This document shows positions 41,175 to 41,317 of a DNA stretch of 41,317 nucleotides, piece by piece (the stretch's first letter is position 1; every line of letters begins with the position of its first letter). The translations under genes were made by a program, and so were the position numbers. The notes beneath the pieces were generated by a model. It made no database searches. It was not told the DNA's origin and saw nothing but the letters and a program-made list of their open reading frames with translations. Source of the stretch: Anaeroplasmataceae bacterium (GTDB taxonomy: Bacteria > Bacillota > Clostridia > Christensenellales > CAG-917); assembly GCA_963659595.1 (NCBI GenBank), contig CAVKUX010000001.1, positions 1 to 41,317 on the forward strand, read 5' to 3'.

Positions 41175-41317
41175 ATCAAATACCCCCTTCGATATTCGTT
41201 TACGTACATTTTATTTTATAAAAGGATAGATTTATATCAAATTTTATTACAAAATATCAAAAAACCGTTGTAAAATACAAAAAGTATGATATTATTTTTG
41301 TATGAGCAATGACGTCA

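Noticed and set aside
41268-41317. Possible promoter (TTGTAA, 16 nt, TGaTATTAT) and an ATG at 41302 opening MSNDV... at the right window edge
   Set aside because: Only 16 nt of the putative ORF are visible, and the ATG sits just 6 nt after the -10 element. There is too little sequence to call a gene.

Overview
41.3-kb chromosomal window, probably from a Bacillota (Clostridia-like) genome. That placement is an inference from AGGAGG-type RBSs, tRNA genes that encode CCA, and Listeria-Bacteroides repeats. Layout: (i) 1-1022: a RelB/DinJ antitoxin with its toxin cut off by the window edge, plus REP-like hairpin repeats. (ii) 1023-22427: one uninterrupted 21,405-nt ORF (7,134 aa) for a giant modular GLUG-repeat surface protein. 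(iii) 22694-25291: a translationally coupled three-gene operon. Each product has an N-terminal hydrophobic anchor; the first two are followed by a clear AWFTN (SipW/TasA-type) signal motif, the third by a divergent version. The third protein also has BspA-type LRRs. (iv) 25336-25892: a tRNA-Ser(UGA)/tRNA-Thr(GGU) operon whose leader holds a tandem array of truncated tRNA-Ser 5' copies. (v) 25802-35246: a ~9.4-kb integrated element bounded by a perfect 47-bp direct repeat of the tRNA-Thr 3' half. It carries a tyrosine integrase, an XRE repressor, four membrane-anchored proteins, a Zot/pI-like P-loop ATPase and a ~650-nt hairpin-rich non-coding region. I read it as an inovirus-like (filamentous) prophage of a Gram-positive host; this and the giant-adhesin/SipW-motif locus are the two most interesting candidate systems. 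(vi) 35390-36316: a decayed second copy of the element's left arm (165 bp, identical to the first) fused to a RelB/ParE toxin-antitoxin pair. (vii) 36575-41174: ordinary metabolic genes (GDPD phosphodiesterase, GH3 beta-glucosidase, hexapeptide sugar O-acetyltransferase). All functional calls come from motifs read by eye in the translations. No database search was run.
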